Shown piece by piece: positions 28,028 to 37,008 of a stretch of 45,251 nucleotides of DNA. Where the stretch lies: assembly GCA_041744015.1 (NCBI GenBank), contig JBGTLS010000079.1:1-45251 (forward strand). The letters run 5' to 3'. Below the pieces are notes generated by a model, which was not told the DNA's origin, ran no database searches, and saw only the letters and a list, made by a program, of their open reading frames with translations. Made by a program: the position numbers and the translations under genes. The stretch comes from Cryomorpha sp. GTDB taxonomy: Bacteria; Bacteroidota; Bacteroidia; Flavobacteriales_D; Cryomorphaceae. The number at the start of each line of letters is the position of its first letter. Position 1 is the first letter of the stretch.

Positions 28028-29077
28028 TCAGGGAACCTCTACGGTGTTTAAAACTTTATTAATCACATCTTCCACCTTTACATTTTCTGCTTCCGCTTCG
28101 TAAGTGAGGCCGATACGGTGGCGCATCACATCTGTCGCCACAGCGCGCACATCTTCAGGAATCACATAACCCCGGCGGTTAATAAAAGCATATGTTTTGG
28201 CAGCCATGGCCATGCTGATGCTGGCACGGGGAGAAGCACCAAAGCCAATCAATTCCTTGAGCTCTTTGAGTTTGTATGCTTCGGGCTGACGGGTGGCGTA
28301 AACCAGGTCAACGATATAGCGCTCGATCTTCTCATCCATATAAACCTCCCGAACCGTCTGGCGGGCCCGCAAAATATCGGCGGAGCTTACCACTGCGCGC
28401 GGAGTCGGATATGGCTGTGAGGAAACATTGCTTCTGATGATCAGGCTTTCCTCTTCGCGGAGCGGATAGTCGAGAACAACTTTCAACATAAACCGGTCTA
28501 CCTGTGCTTCGGGCAGGGGATAGGTTCCTTCCTGTTCGATGGGGTTCTGTGTGGCCAATACCATAAATGGCTCAGGCAACTTAAATGTTTCTCCGCCAAT
28601 GGTGACCTGCCGCTCCTGCATGGCTTCGAGCAGGGCACTCTGCACCTTAGCCGGGGCGCGGTTAATCTCATCAGCCAAAACGAAGTTGGCGAATATCGGT
28701 CCCCGCTTTACAGCGAAATCCTGGTTTTTCGGATTGTATATCATGGTACCCACCACATCGGCAGGAAGAAGGTCTGGCGTGAACTGTATCCTGCTGAAGT
28801 CAACATGGATGCAACCGGAAAGGGCTTTGATGGCCAGTGTTTTGGCAAGACCGGGAACACCCTCCAGCAGAATATGTCCATTGGCGAGCAAAGCGATCAG
28901 TAATTTTTCAACCATGTCTTTCTGGCCTACAATTACTTTTTCCATTTCTAAAGTCAACAATTCGATAAAGGCGCTTTCCTGCAATATCTTGGCATTCAGC
29001 GCTTTGATATCAACCTGCGAAGAAGGGGATACAGTCGATGTACCACTTGAAAAATCACCCGGTGTTTCTTGATTCAT
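28028..29077 (-). CDS. moxR: MoxR-family AAA+ ATPase
   Basis: Walker A (LEGVPGLAKT), Walker B (LADEINRA) and VLATQNP. Confidence 0.9.
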   Translation of the reverse strand: MNQETPGDFSSGTSTVSPSSQVDIKALNAKILQESAFIELLTLEMEKVIVGQKDMVEKLLIALLANGHILLEGVPGLAKTLAIKALSGCIHVDFSRIQFTPDLLPADVVGTMIYNPKNQDFAVKRGPIFANFVLADEINRAPAKVQSALLEAMQERQVTIGGETFKLPEPFMVLATQNPIEQEGTYPLPEAQVDRFMLKVVLDYPLREEESLIIRSNVSSQPYPTPRAVVSSADILRARQTVREVYMDEKIERYIVDLVYATRQPEAYKLKELKELIGFGASPRASISMAMAAKTYAFINRRGYVIPEDVRAVATDVMRHRIGLTYEAEAENVKVEDVINKVLNTVEVP

Positions 29078-29081
29078 ACGG

Positions 29082-29089
29082 CAAATTTA
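29082..29089 (-). promoter_or_regulatory. Possible -7 element (TAAATTTG on the minus strand) immediately upstream of the moxR ATG
   Basis: Fits TAnnTTTG, with only 4 nt between the motif and the ATG. This would imply a near-leaderless transcript. Weak call. Confidence 0.2.
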
Positions 29090-29451
29090 CGGTTGAAGAA
29101 TGAGATTCTATCTCCTTTGGGAAGAAATGCATATCCTCATTTCTTATTAACCGCAAATGTGACAATATTGAGGTGGCATGTGGGGCAAGTTCCAGTTAAA
29201 AGATGTTAATCAAAAAATCGACGTAAATTATTGATTTTTCGCATATTTCATGGCGAAAATATCCATTTTCATTTGCTTAAATTAACATCGAAAAATAATT
29301 CTCCGGGAATATCCAAGGTGATAAATGTCATTCGTTTTTCAATAAATTAAAAAGCATGATCGGTGTGTAATGAACATTTTCAAATATCATGTTGATAATT
29401 CTCTCTCCCTCTCTCCACATTTATCCTTTATTTTCGATCTAAATCCATGAT

Positions 29452-29844
29452 ATGACACTACAGGAAACCATTGGAATGGTTCGCGATTTTCACGATGCAT
29501 TTGGTATTGCCAATGCACCTGAGCCCACAGCCCGCATAGGAGATGAAGCGGTTTTGTTGCGCTACAAACTCATGCGCGAAGAGAATGAGGAATATCTTGA
29601 AGCTGCGCAAAATGGAGACATCGTAGAAATTGCCGATGCGCTTGGCGACATGTTGTACATCCTTTGCGGAACGATGCTAACCCACGGTCTTCAGGACAAA
29701 ATGGCAGCCGTGTTCACCGAAATTCAGCAAAGCAACATGAGCAAACTCGACGAAAAAGGTCTTCCTATTTATCGGGAAGATGGGAAAGTGCTCAAAAGTG
29801 CACGGTACGTGAAACCAAATATATCTGCCGTCCTTGAAAGTTGA
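29452..29844 (+). CDS. MazG-like nucleotide pyrophosphohydrolase family protein
   Basis: 130 aa. The pattern REENEEYLEA ... EIADALGDMLY is typical of the all-alpha NTP-PPase fold. Confidence 0.65.
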   Translation: MTLQETIGMVRDFHDAFGIANAPEPTARIGDEAVLLRYKLMREENEEYLEAAQNGDIVEIADALGDMLYILCGTMLTHGLQDKMAAVFTEIQQSNMSKLDEKGLPIYREDGKVLKSARYVKPNISAVLES

Positions 29845-30349
29845 TCTTACCAAAGCGCTCGAGGATGCGCGCACCAGCGCCTGGGCCATGCGCAAACTTA
29901 ATTTTATGCTTGCCGTTGGCATTCCTTTCAACAGGCCGCATGGAATTCGTGTACACGAGGTGGGAGATGATTCAGTGACCACAACCATTCCGTACAGAAG
30001 AAAAAATTTGAACCACATCAAGGGGATTCACGCCTGTGGTCTGGCGACAGCGGCTGAGTTTTGCAGCGGACTTGTACTTCTTCGCCGGTTGGGGTCCAAA
30101 AAATACCGGTTGATTATGCAGAAGATTGAGGTGGAATATACCTATCAGGCCAAATCTTCCGCTTTCGCCAAATTTGAACTTTCAGACAGCGTTTTCCAAA
30201 ATGAAATTTTGAAACCGCTGGAAGAAAATGGTCAGGTTTATTATCAATGCGCCATCCTGGTTCACGATACTGCCGGGAATTTGCTTTGCAAAGCATTTAC
30301 CAACTGGCAGATTAAACCGTGGGATCAGGTAAAAACCCGCGTAAGCTAA
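29834..30349 (+). CDS. Hotdog-fold protein (DUF4442/PaaI-thioesterase-like)
   Basis: 171 aa with an uncertain TTG start. IKGIHACGLATAAEFCSGL resembles DUF4442 members. Confidence 0.5.
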   Translation: MKVDLTKALEDARTSAWAMRKLNFMLAVGIPFNRPHGIRVHEVGDDSVTTTIPYRRKNLNHIKGIHACGLATAAEFCSGLVLLRRLGSKKYRLIMQKIEVEYTYQAKSSAFAKFELSDSVFQNEILKPLEENGQVYYQCAILVHDTAGNLLCKAFTNWQIKPWDQVKTRVS

Positions 30350-30396
30350 GTTCGCTTTTCCCAAAGATTTAAGACTCTGTTTTAACCAAATACTCC

Positions 30397-30981
30397 ATGA
30401 AAAAAAGAGATTATCCTGCGATATATCGGGTGATGCATTGGTCACTGGCTATTTCCATGCTCCTCCTCCTTATCACTATATTTCTGAGACTCACCTGGAT
30501 GGAAAAAGTTCACGTGGCGGGAATTATAGAGGGCTATCTTTCCGAAAATGAACAAAGCCTGACACAAGATCAGTTGATTGTCCTGGCCAAGAAAATCCGA
30601 AAACCCATGTGGGACTGGCATATCTATTTGGGTTATTTCATTACAGGGGTTTATGTAATTCGCCTTTCCCTCCCGTTTTTTGGACACATGAAATTTTCCA
30701 ATCCCACCCGGAAGGGGTTATCCCGAAAAGTAAAATTCCATTTCTGGACTTATATCATCTTTTATGCCTGCCTGGGTGTTTCCTTATTCACCGGATTGGT
30801 GATCGATTTCGGTCCGGCCGAATACAAGAAGTCAATGGAGACCATTCATAAGCTTTCCATCTATTATTTTGTAGCCTTCATCGTTATACATCTTTGTGGC
30901 GTCATCTGGGCCGAATTGACAAATCAAAAAGGGATTGTGTCAGGAATTATCAGTGGTGGTCAAAAAAAGGAAGAGGGATAA
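30397..30981 (+). CDS. Cytochrome b561-like membrane protein
   Basis: 194 aa with 4 TM helices. Conserved His positions (MHWSLA, WHIYLGY, IHKLS, IHLCG). Confidence 0.6.
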   Translation: MKKRDYPAIYRVMHWSLAISMLLLLITIFLRLTWMEKVHVAGIIEGYLSENEQSLTQDQLIVLAKKIRKPMWDWHIYLGYFITGVYVIRLSLPFFGHMKFSNPTRKGLSRKVKFHFWTYIIFYACLGVSLFTGLVIDFGPAEYKKSMETIHKLSIYYFVAFIVIHLCGVIWAELTNQKGIVSGIISGGQKKEEG

Positions 30982-31373
30982 CACTTCATTCACGGGAAGA
31001 AATTTCATTTTTTTTATTGGGAAGGCTTTGAGGTCATTTTTGAATAATTACCTTCATGCTTAAGTCTAACCAGGATTGAAAATTGAAAAATTCCCCGCTG
31101 TATGATTCCCCACCAATTTACACCGCCATCTCCGGACATTTATTCCGGTAACGTCAGACATCCCGACCTGCTGTGCTTTCAAATTTCTGAACGGCTGATT
31201 GCATTATGCCTGTCTAAAAATTATAGATCAAAACGGGTCTATTCTCCCTTTCGCGCTTTCCGATACATGTCATTATCTCAAAGCCTTTTACGACCTTTCA
31301 GATCAACCTGAATTTCGCTCAGCTTACTTCGCATACTTTTTTGACCGATCCAATCATCTTATAACCTCCCCCC

Positions 31374-34300
31374 ATGACCGAACTCATTTTTACTGGAAAA
31401 CTTGTCGATGACACAGCCCAGACAGAACAACTCAATGAACTGACATCCTTCGCGAAAATGGAAGTCTATATGGTTCTCCCATCCACCAGAAGTGATTCAA
31501 ATATGATTTCTGTACCTGTAAATGATGCAGAGGTTTTTGAGATTGAATACGACAATGGCATTGTTGATTTTCTCGACAGAGAACGCCTTGACGAACTCGC
31601 GCGCGATCCATCCTGGCGCGGACTGGAATTAATGTCTGACAGGGCGACCGGCGATCAGAAATACTACCTGAACGACGTCCTTTTTGTCGATAGCCCCGAA
31701 CGAGGTGTTGGCAATGTGGTACCCAAATTTATCCGTCGGTTTTTTGCTAAAAAGGCTGTGAGTGTCAGTGTGAAAATGATGGCGCAGCGGGTGGATGACA
31801 AGAATGTCATAGAGGAAGGTTTGTTTATCTGTTCACGGGATTCTGTCGCCCTTGTGGAAAAAATCAATGCCGGGAAAAAGCTGGAAGACAAACCTTACCT
31901 TTTGATGGTTCACGGGTTTGCTTCAAGTATTACCAGTTCTTTCGGCGCCATGAGTGAAATTGGAAATACCGGATGGCATGATATGCAGAAACTTTACGAA
32001 GGCCGGATTTTGGGATATAACCACCACTCCTTTACCAAAAGTGCCTTGCAAAATGCCTTTGAACTGCTTGAAGCAATGCCCAAAAATCTCACACTCGATG
32101 TATTGTCTTTCTCCCGGGGGGGGCTCGTAGCCGAAATTCTGGTAAAAGCTGCTGAAACTGATTATGACAATCCGGAAGAAGCGAAATTCTGGGAGGATGC
32201 CTTTGAAAGGTTTGAAGGCATGCCGGACCAGGATTATTTCAAAAGTCTCCCTGCGCTGATGCGAAAGAAAAATCTGAAAGTCAGAAATTTTGTGCGGAGC
32301 GCCTGTCCGGCCGGAGGTACCACCCTGGCTTCAGGCAGACTGGTGACTTACTTCAAGGTGGTGCTCAACGCCATCGGGATGATTCCTGCAGTGAAAGCTT
32401 TTCCTCCTTATCTGGCATTCAAGGATTTGATTTTAACGGTGATTCAACAAAAGGATGATCCGAAAACGCTTCCCGGGGTTGAGACCATGACACCAAATTC
32501 AAATTATGTCAAAGTCTTAAACGTACTCGGAAGTCAATATCCCATTACCCGCACCCCCTTGCATGTCGTGTCGGGCGATGTGAAATTTGGCAAGCTGCTT
32601 CATTCGATGAAGGTCATTTTGTCCGATGCTTTCTTTCTGGGCGATCACGATTTTGTGGTCAATACCATCAGCATGTATCAGGGATTTCGCCGGGCCTTTA
32701 GCATAGATGAATCGGGAGTGGTGCAGCCAGGTTTTCACAAATCATTTCACCAAAGCGGGGAGGTATCCCATTTCAATTACCTCCGAAATCCCGGCTCCAG
32801 GGAAGCCATTCTGTCAGCCCTCGGTCAGAAGGATGTGGACATGCACTTTGTATGGCACTTTTATGGCCAAAAAGACGAAGTCTACACCTTGCGTGCCCAC
32901 GATCCAAAACGCCCCACGGTCATATTGTTACCGGGCATCATGGGTTCGCATTTGAAACTCGGCAAAAAGCGCATATGGCTCAACTTTACTGAACTGATGT
33001 TTGGAGGCATGGGCAAATTGACACCGGAGTCTACGCAGGTTGCTGCAGATGGAGCCATTGGATTGTTTTACAACAAGATGGTGAATTACCTCTCGCGCTC
33101 CCACAATGTTGTCGTTCATGGATTCGATTGGCGCTCCGATATGATGACGTCGGCTGACGAGCTGAAAAAAGTGGTGGAAGATGCCATGAAAAACACCACC
33201 GGACCAGTGCGCATTGTGGCACATTCCATGGGTGGGCTACTTACCCACGCGCTGTATTCAAAACACCCCGATATATGGGATCGCATGCGTCAACGTCCGG
33301 GTTTTCGCGCCCTTTTTATGGGTACACCTTTCCGCGGCTCGCACGCCATTGTCAACCTTTACCTGAAGCGTCACAGCACTTTCAATCTCCTTCACAAAAT
33401 TGATGTGCTGAACAACAGCGATGAAATGCTCACCATTGTGAACCGTTTTGTTGGCATGTTGCAATTATTGCCCCGCGAAGAAAAGTTTTTTGAAATGCCC
33501 TTCTGGGAACAAATGCGTATCGCATCAGGCAAAGGTGAAGAGTTTACAATTCCGGATGAAGCGTCTTTAAAAGTGGCAAAACAGGTTTTACAGGTATTCA
33601 ATGCCAAACCCATTGAGGGCAAAGAGCTCATCTACTTGGCAGGTCTTGATCCGGGACTGACGCCCCACAGGGTTGAAGTCAACACACACTTAAAAGCCAT
33701 CAAGGTATTCGGTACTGTAGAAGGCGATGGGGCCGTGACATGGGCTTCGGGAATCCTTCCCGTTTTTGAAGATCGCGTGTATTACTCGCGCATCACGCAC
33801 CAATCGCTTTGCAACAAACGCGCAATTTTCGGCGCGGTGCTCGATTTGCTGGAAAAGGGAGAAACGAAAAGCAACGAACTCAGTAAGTTTCCGGTAAAAT
33901 CGCGCGCAGCGCAACTCGAATACGAAATGCCGGAAATGGCGCCAGTAAGTCTCACCGTAAACAATGCCTACGACCTGCTTGGCCTTGAAGAAGATGATAC
34001 GGATAGCCAACTGCGCAAGCCGGGACAACCGATCCATGTGAAGATCAATCACGGAGATCTGGGATTTGCCAGTTATCCAGTCATAGTCGGACATTTTGAA
34101 GGAAACGATATTCTCGATGCAGAAGCCGCTATCGACAGGCATCTGAATGGGGAGTTGTCCCGACAATTGGAACTCGGTGCTTATCCCGGAAAAATTGGAG
34201 ACTCACTCGTGGTTTTGAATAATAAAGGATATTTCAAAGGTGCGGTGATAGCGGGTTTGGGATTCAATGATCGACTTACTGAACTCGAGTTGGAAAAAAC

Positions 34301-36755
34301 CCTGACCAAAGCCCTGGTGGAACTGGCTTTACAAGGTGACCGCAACACTTCGGAAAGGTCGCGCGAAACCAGGGTTTATGGGATCTCTCCGCTGCTTGTC
34401 GGCAGTTCTTATGGAGGATTGGATGTGACCAGTTCGTTACGTGCCCTGCTGCGCGCCATCATTCGCACCAACGATATGCTGGCGGAGTCGACTTTCAAAG
34501 AGCTTCGTCTATTCGTGGTAGTTGAAATCATTGAACTCTATCTCGACAAAGCCATTGACATCAACAGGGCCCTGATCAGAATGGCCAATGAGAGTGAATT
34601 CAGGGACAGGATCGTTTCCGAAAAAGTGGTGGTCGATGGAACCGGCGGACATACCCGACTCCTGGACAGCGTGAGGGCATCCTGGTGGCACCGACTGCAG
34701 ATTGTGGAAGAAGTTAAATATACCCGCATTGCCAGTGACAATGACGAAAACACCGTGAAAGCCCGCGAACAGCGCTACATGAAGTTTGTCTCCCTCTCAG
34801 AAAGGGCGCGTGCTGAAGTGGAATCTCACGATCTGGACAAGGCTCTGCTCCACGTCATGCTGGCTCAGTCTGTCGGCCGTACGGACAATGATCCCCTGCT
34901 TTCCAAAGCCTTATTTGAGTTGTTGATTCCATATGAATTCAAAGGATTTGTGGACGATATGCGGAACATTACCCTGATTCTGGACGACAAAACGGCTGAA
35001 TATCCATGGGAAATGCTCAGTCATTCACTCGATCCGAACGATCCGCCCATGGCTACACGCACAGGGTTGATTCGACAATTGCACGATGCATATTACCGCG
35101 CCAACGTATTTTATGCCCAGGAACAAAGAGCGCTTGTTATTGGTGATCCCATCTGTTCCGATCCTTTCCGACCGCTCGATTTCGCAAAAGTCGAAGCCCA
35201 GGAAGTGATGAAATTGCTGGCCAATGATTTTGGCGCGACCGTGGAACATTCCATCAATGAAGATGCGGCCAGTGTCCTGAAAAAGCTGGTGAAAGATCAG
35301 TACAAAATCATCCACCTCGCCGGGCACGGGGCTTTCGATCCGGAAAACGTGACGCGCAGTGGTCTCGTACTCAGTGACAACGTATTTCTCAACCCGACAG
35401 TAATTGGCAATCTGAGTTGGGTGCCGGAATTTGTCTTTATCAATTGCTGTCATCTCGGGGCCGTAGAAACAGGTGGATCAAAACAACCGTGGAACAAACT
35501 GGCAGCCAATCTGGGAACACAGTATATTAGAATCGGCGTAAAAGCCGTAATCGCAGCCGGATGGGCGGTTGACGACAGGGCTGCGCTCGATTTTGCCAAA
35601 GTGTTCTATGCCTCCCTTTTCAATGGCGACGATTTCGGCACTGCCGTCCAAATCGCCAGAGACCACTGTTTCAGGAATTTTCCGCACAGCAATACATGGG
35701 GAGCATACCAATGTTATGGCAATCCGCATTACAGGCTGAAAAGAAAGGACAATATCGCAAGGCGCAACGAAAACACGTATGTTCATAAGGCAGAATTGCT
35801 CACCCAACTACGCAATATCACTGCGCAGGTGGATTCATACAGTCAGCGCGACCTTGAGCGGCTTTGCGGCCTGATCGACGGGTATCTCGAGCAGGGGTCT
35901 CAATGGAATTCGGATTGTGATGTGGTTGAATTGGCTGCACAGGCTTATTTCGAATTGCGCAATTCTGAAAAAGCCATGGAGATGTACCGTGACGTGATTG
36001 CTAAAAAACCCCACGAGGTATCCTACCGCTCGCGCAGCAATTACATGAAGTTGCTCATCAACCGATCAGTGCAACTGGTCAGAGCCGGCGGTTGTGATGA
36101 CACGGAGATCGAAGGTTATATTAATGAAGCAGACCAGCAGGTTCGGCTATTTTTGAAATCCGGAGGCAAAAGCGAAGTGCTCACAGAAATAGGAGGCCAT
36201 TTCAAGCGATTGGTCAAACTGGCCAAAACAAAAGCCAAAACACTCGAATATTTACTGGAATCGGCACGGTATTACCATGAGGCTTTTGAACTGGGAGAGC
36301 GGCAATCGCTTTACGCCCTCACCAACTTCCTCCAGATGGCTGCCCTGTATGACATGAAGAGTGGGGGCAAAACAACAAAAAAATTGCCCTATGAATTTAC
36401 ACCTGCCATTGCCAAAAAATTGGTGGCTCACGGACAGGAATTGCTCACTTCCGTGAAAAATGGGGTGCCCGATTTCTGGACCACGCTCTTCGAGGCGGAT
36501 TTACTTATAGCCGAAGTTCTGGCCATTCCCACCCTCAAAATTGCCGGTATTGAATCACGGATTCGGGAAGCAGTTGAAATAATAGAAAATACATGGAACA
36601 GAAGTGGTTCCTGGCGAAAACTTGAAGTGATCAGAGATCATTATGGTTTCCTGCTGCGCGGTTTGGACAAGGTCAGCTCTTCCGGCAACAGCAGGCAGGC
36701 AGCCGTGCACAAGGGATTGCAGCATCTCTGCGAAAAAATTGAAGCTCTGCAATAG
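31374..36755 (+). CDS. 1,793-aa multidomain protein: two lipase-like alpha/beta hydrolases, an unassigned core, a CHAT protease and a helical-repeat tail
   Basis: Single uninterrupted ORF with ATG at 31374. Domain motifs are listed in the sub-features below. No signal peptide and no TM helix. Confidence 0.9.
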   Translation: MTELIFTGKLVDDTAQTEQLNELTSFAKMEVYMVLPSTRSDSNMISVPVNDAEVFEIEYDNGIVDFLDRERLDELARDPSWRGLELMSDRATGDQKYYLNDVLFVDSPERGVGNVVPKFIRRFFAKKAVSVSVKMMAQRVDDKNVIEEGLFICSRDSVALVEKINAGKKLEDKPYLLMVHGFASSITSSFGAMSEIGNTGWHDMQKLYEGRILGYNHHSFTKSALQNAFELLEAMPKNLTLDVLSFSRGGLVAEILVKAAETDYDNPEEAKFWEDAFERFEGMPDQDYFKSLPALMRKKNLKVRNFVRSACPAGGTTLASGRLVTYFKVVLNAIGMIPAVKAFPPYLAFKDLILTVIQQKDDPKTLPGVETMTPNSNYVKVLNVLGSQYPITRTPLHVVSGDVKFGKLLHSMKVILSDAFFLGDHDFVVNTISMYQGFRRAFSIDESGVVQPGFHKSFHQSGEVSHFNYLRNPGSREAILSALGQKDVDMHFVWHFYGQKDEVYTLRAHDPKRPTVILLPGIMGSHLKLGKKRIWLNFTELMFGGMGKLTPESTQVAADGAIGLFYNKMVNYLSRSHNVVVHGFDWRSDMMTSADELKKVVEDAMKNTTGPVRIVAHSMGGLLTHALYSKHPDIWDRMRQRPGFRALFMGTPFRGSHAIVNLYLKRHSTFNLLHKIDVLNNSDEMLTIVNRFVGMLQLLPREEKFFEMPFWEQMRIASGKGEEFTIPDEASLKVAKQVLQVFNAKPIEGKELIYLAGLDPGLTPHRVEVNTHLKAIKVFGTVEGDGAVTWASGILPVFEDRVYYSRITHQSLCNKRAIFGAVLDLLEKGETKSNELSKFPVKSRAAQLEYEMPEMAPVSLTVNNAYDLLGLEEDDTDSQLRKPGQPIHVKINHGDLGFASYPVIVGHFEGNDILDAEAAIDRHLNGELSRQLELGAYPGKIGDSLVVLNNKGYFKGAVIAGLGFNDRLTELELEKTLTKALVELALQGDRNTSERSRETRVYGISPLLVGSSYGGLDVTSSLRALLRAIIRTNDMLAESTFKELRLFVVVEIIELYLDKAIDINRALIRMANESEFRDRIVSEKVVVDGTGGHTRLLDSVRASWWHRLQIVEEVKYTRIASDNDENTVKAREQRYMKFVSLSERARAEVESHDLDKALLHVMLAQSVGRTDNDPLLSKALFELLIPYEFKGFVDDMRNITLILDDKTAEYPWEMLSHSLDPNDPPMATRTGLIRQLHDAYYRANVFYAQEQRALVIGDPICSDPFRPLDFAKVEAQEVMKLLANDFGATVEHSINEDAASVLKKLVKDQYKIIHLAGHGAFDPENVTRSGLVLSDNVFLNPTVIGNLSWVPEFVFINCCHLGAVETGGSKQPWNKLAANLGTQYIRIGVKAVIAAGWAVDDRAALDFAKVFYASLFNGDDFGTAVQIARDHCFRNFPHSNTWGAYQCYGNPHYRLKRKDNIARRNENTYVHKAELLTQLRNITAQVDSYSQRDLERLCGLIDGYLEQGSQWNSDCDVVELAAQAYFELRNSEKAMEMYRDVIAKKPHEVSYRSRSNYMKLLINRSVQLVRAGGCDDTEIEGYINEADQQVRLFLKSGGKSEVLTEIGGHFKRLVKLAKTKAKTLEYLLESARYYHEAFELGERQSLYALTNFLQMAALYDMKSGGKTTKKLPYEFTPAIAKKLVAHGQELLTSVKNGVPDFWTTLFEADLLIAEVLAIPTLKIAGIESRIREAVEIIENTWNRSGSWRKLEVIRDHYGFLLRGLDKVSSSGNSRQAAVHKGLQHLCEKIEALQ
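31887..32813 (+). other. Domain: alpha/beta-hydrolase module 1 (aa ~172-480)
   Basis: PYLLMVHGF strand. Nucleophile elbow SFSRGG (Ser247 codon at 32112-32114). SACPAGGTTLAS. Candidate acid and base residues in FLGDHDFVV and SHFNYL. Confidence 0.6.
32910..33863 (+). other. Domain: alpha/beta-hydrolase module 2, LCAT/PGAP1-like (aa ~513-830)
   Basis: VILLPGIMGS. HGFDWR. Canonical GxSxG as AHSMGG (Ser618 codon at 33225-33227). GTPFRGS. Candidate Asp in EGDGAV and His in THQSL. Confidence 0.7.
34959..35732 (+). other. Domain: CHAT (caspase-like His-Cys protease; aa ~1196-1453)
   Basis: LILDDKTAEYPWEML entry motif. IIHLAGHG (His1318 codon at 35325-35327). FVFINCCHLG (Cys1358 codon at 35445-35447). 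VIAAGWAV. Confidence 0.75.
35781..36752 (+). other. Domain: C-terminal helical (TPR-like) repeat region (aa ~1470-1793)
   Basis: Helix-rich sequence with TPR-like pairs (AAQAYFELRNSEKAMEMYRDVI, ARYYHEAFELGE). Assigned by eye. Confidence 0.4.
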
Positions 36756-37008
36756 TTATTTGGCGGAAGTCGAATAACCAACTATGGCCTGAGGATGCAT
36801 GGCCAGAGCAGACCTTCCAGTTGGGTGAATTAAAACCACCTTCCGGCAGTCGCTCGCCTCTTGCCTGACCGTAAGCTAAGCGGGGTCGAATGATAATTCT
36901 CTCGGCCTCTGGCCTGTAAACATTAAATGAATCTGTCATTCCTTTTCTGTATTTTTTAGTATGGAACACGCTGAATGACAGAAACCTGAGACATTCCTGC
37001 CTGGCGGG

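Noticed and set aside
24203-29072. Long plus-strand ORFs opposite the Bat genes (for example 24590-25111, 25164-25961, 28539-29072).
   Set aside because: They lie entirely antisense to genes with clear family motifs (VWA MIDAS, Walker A/B). Their translations are low-complexity and Ser/Arg/Ala-rich with no motifs. These are shadow ORFs.
31102-31411. Two 69-70-aa ORFs just upstream of the giant gene, considered as possible small partner proteins.
   Set aside because: They overlap each other in different frames within a G-poor spacer. Their translations are compositionally odd (Pro/Ser/Arg/Phe-rich). One runs into the giant ORF's start. I treat the region as a 5' leader or promoter region.
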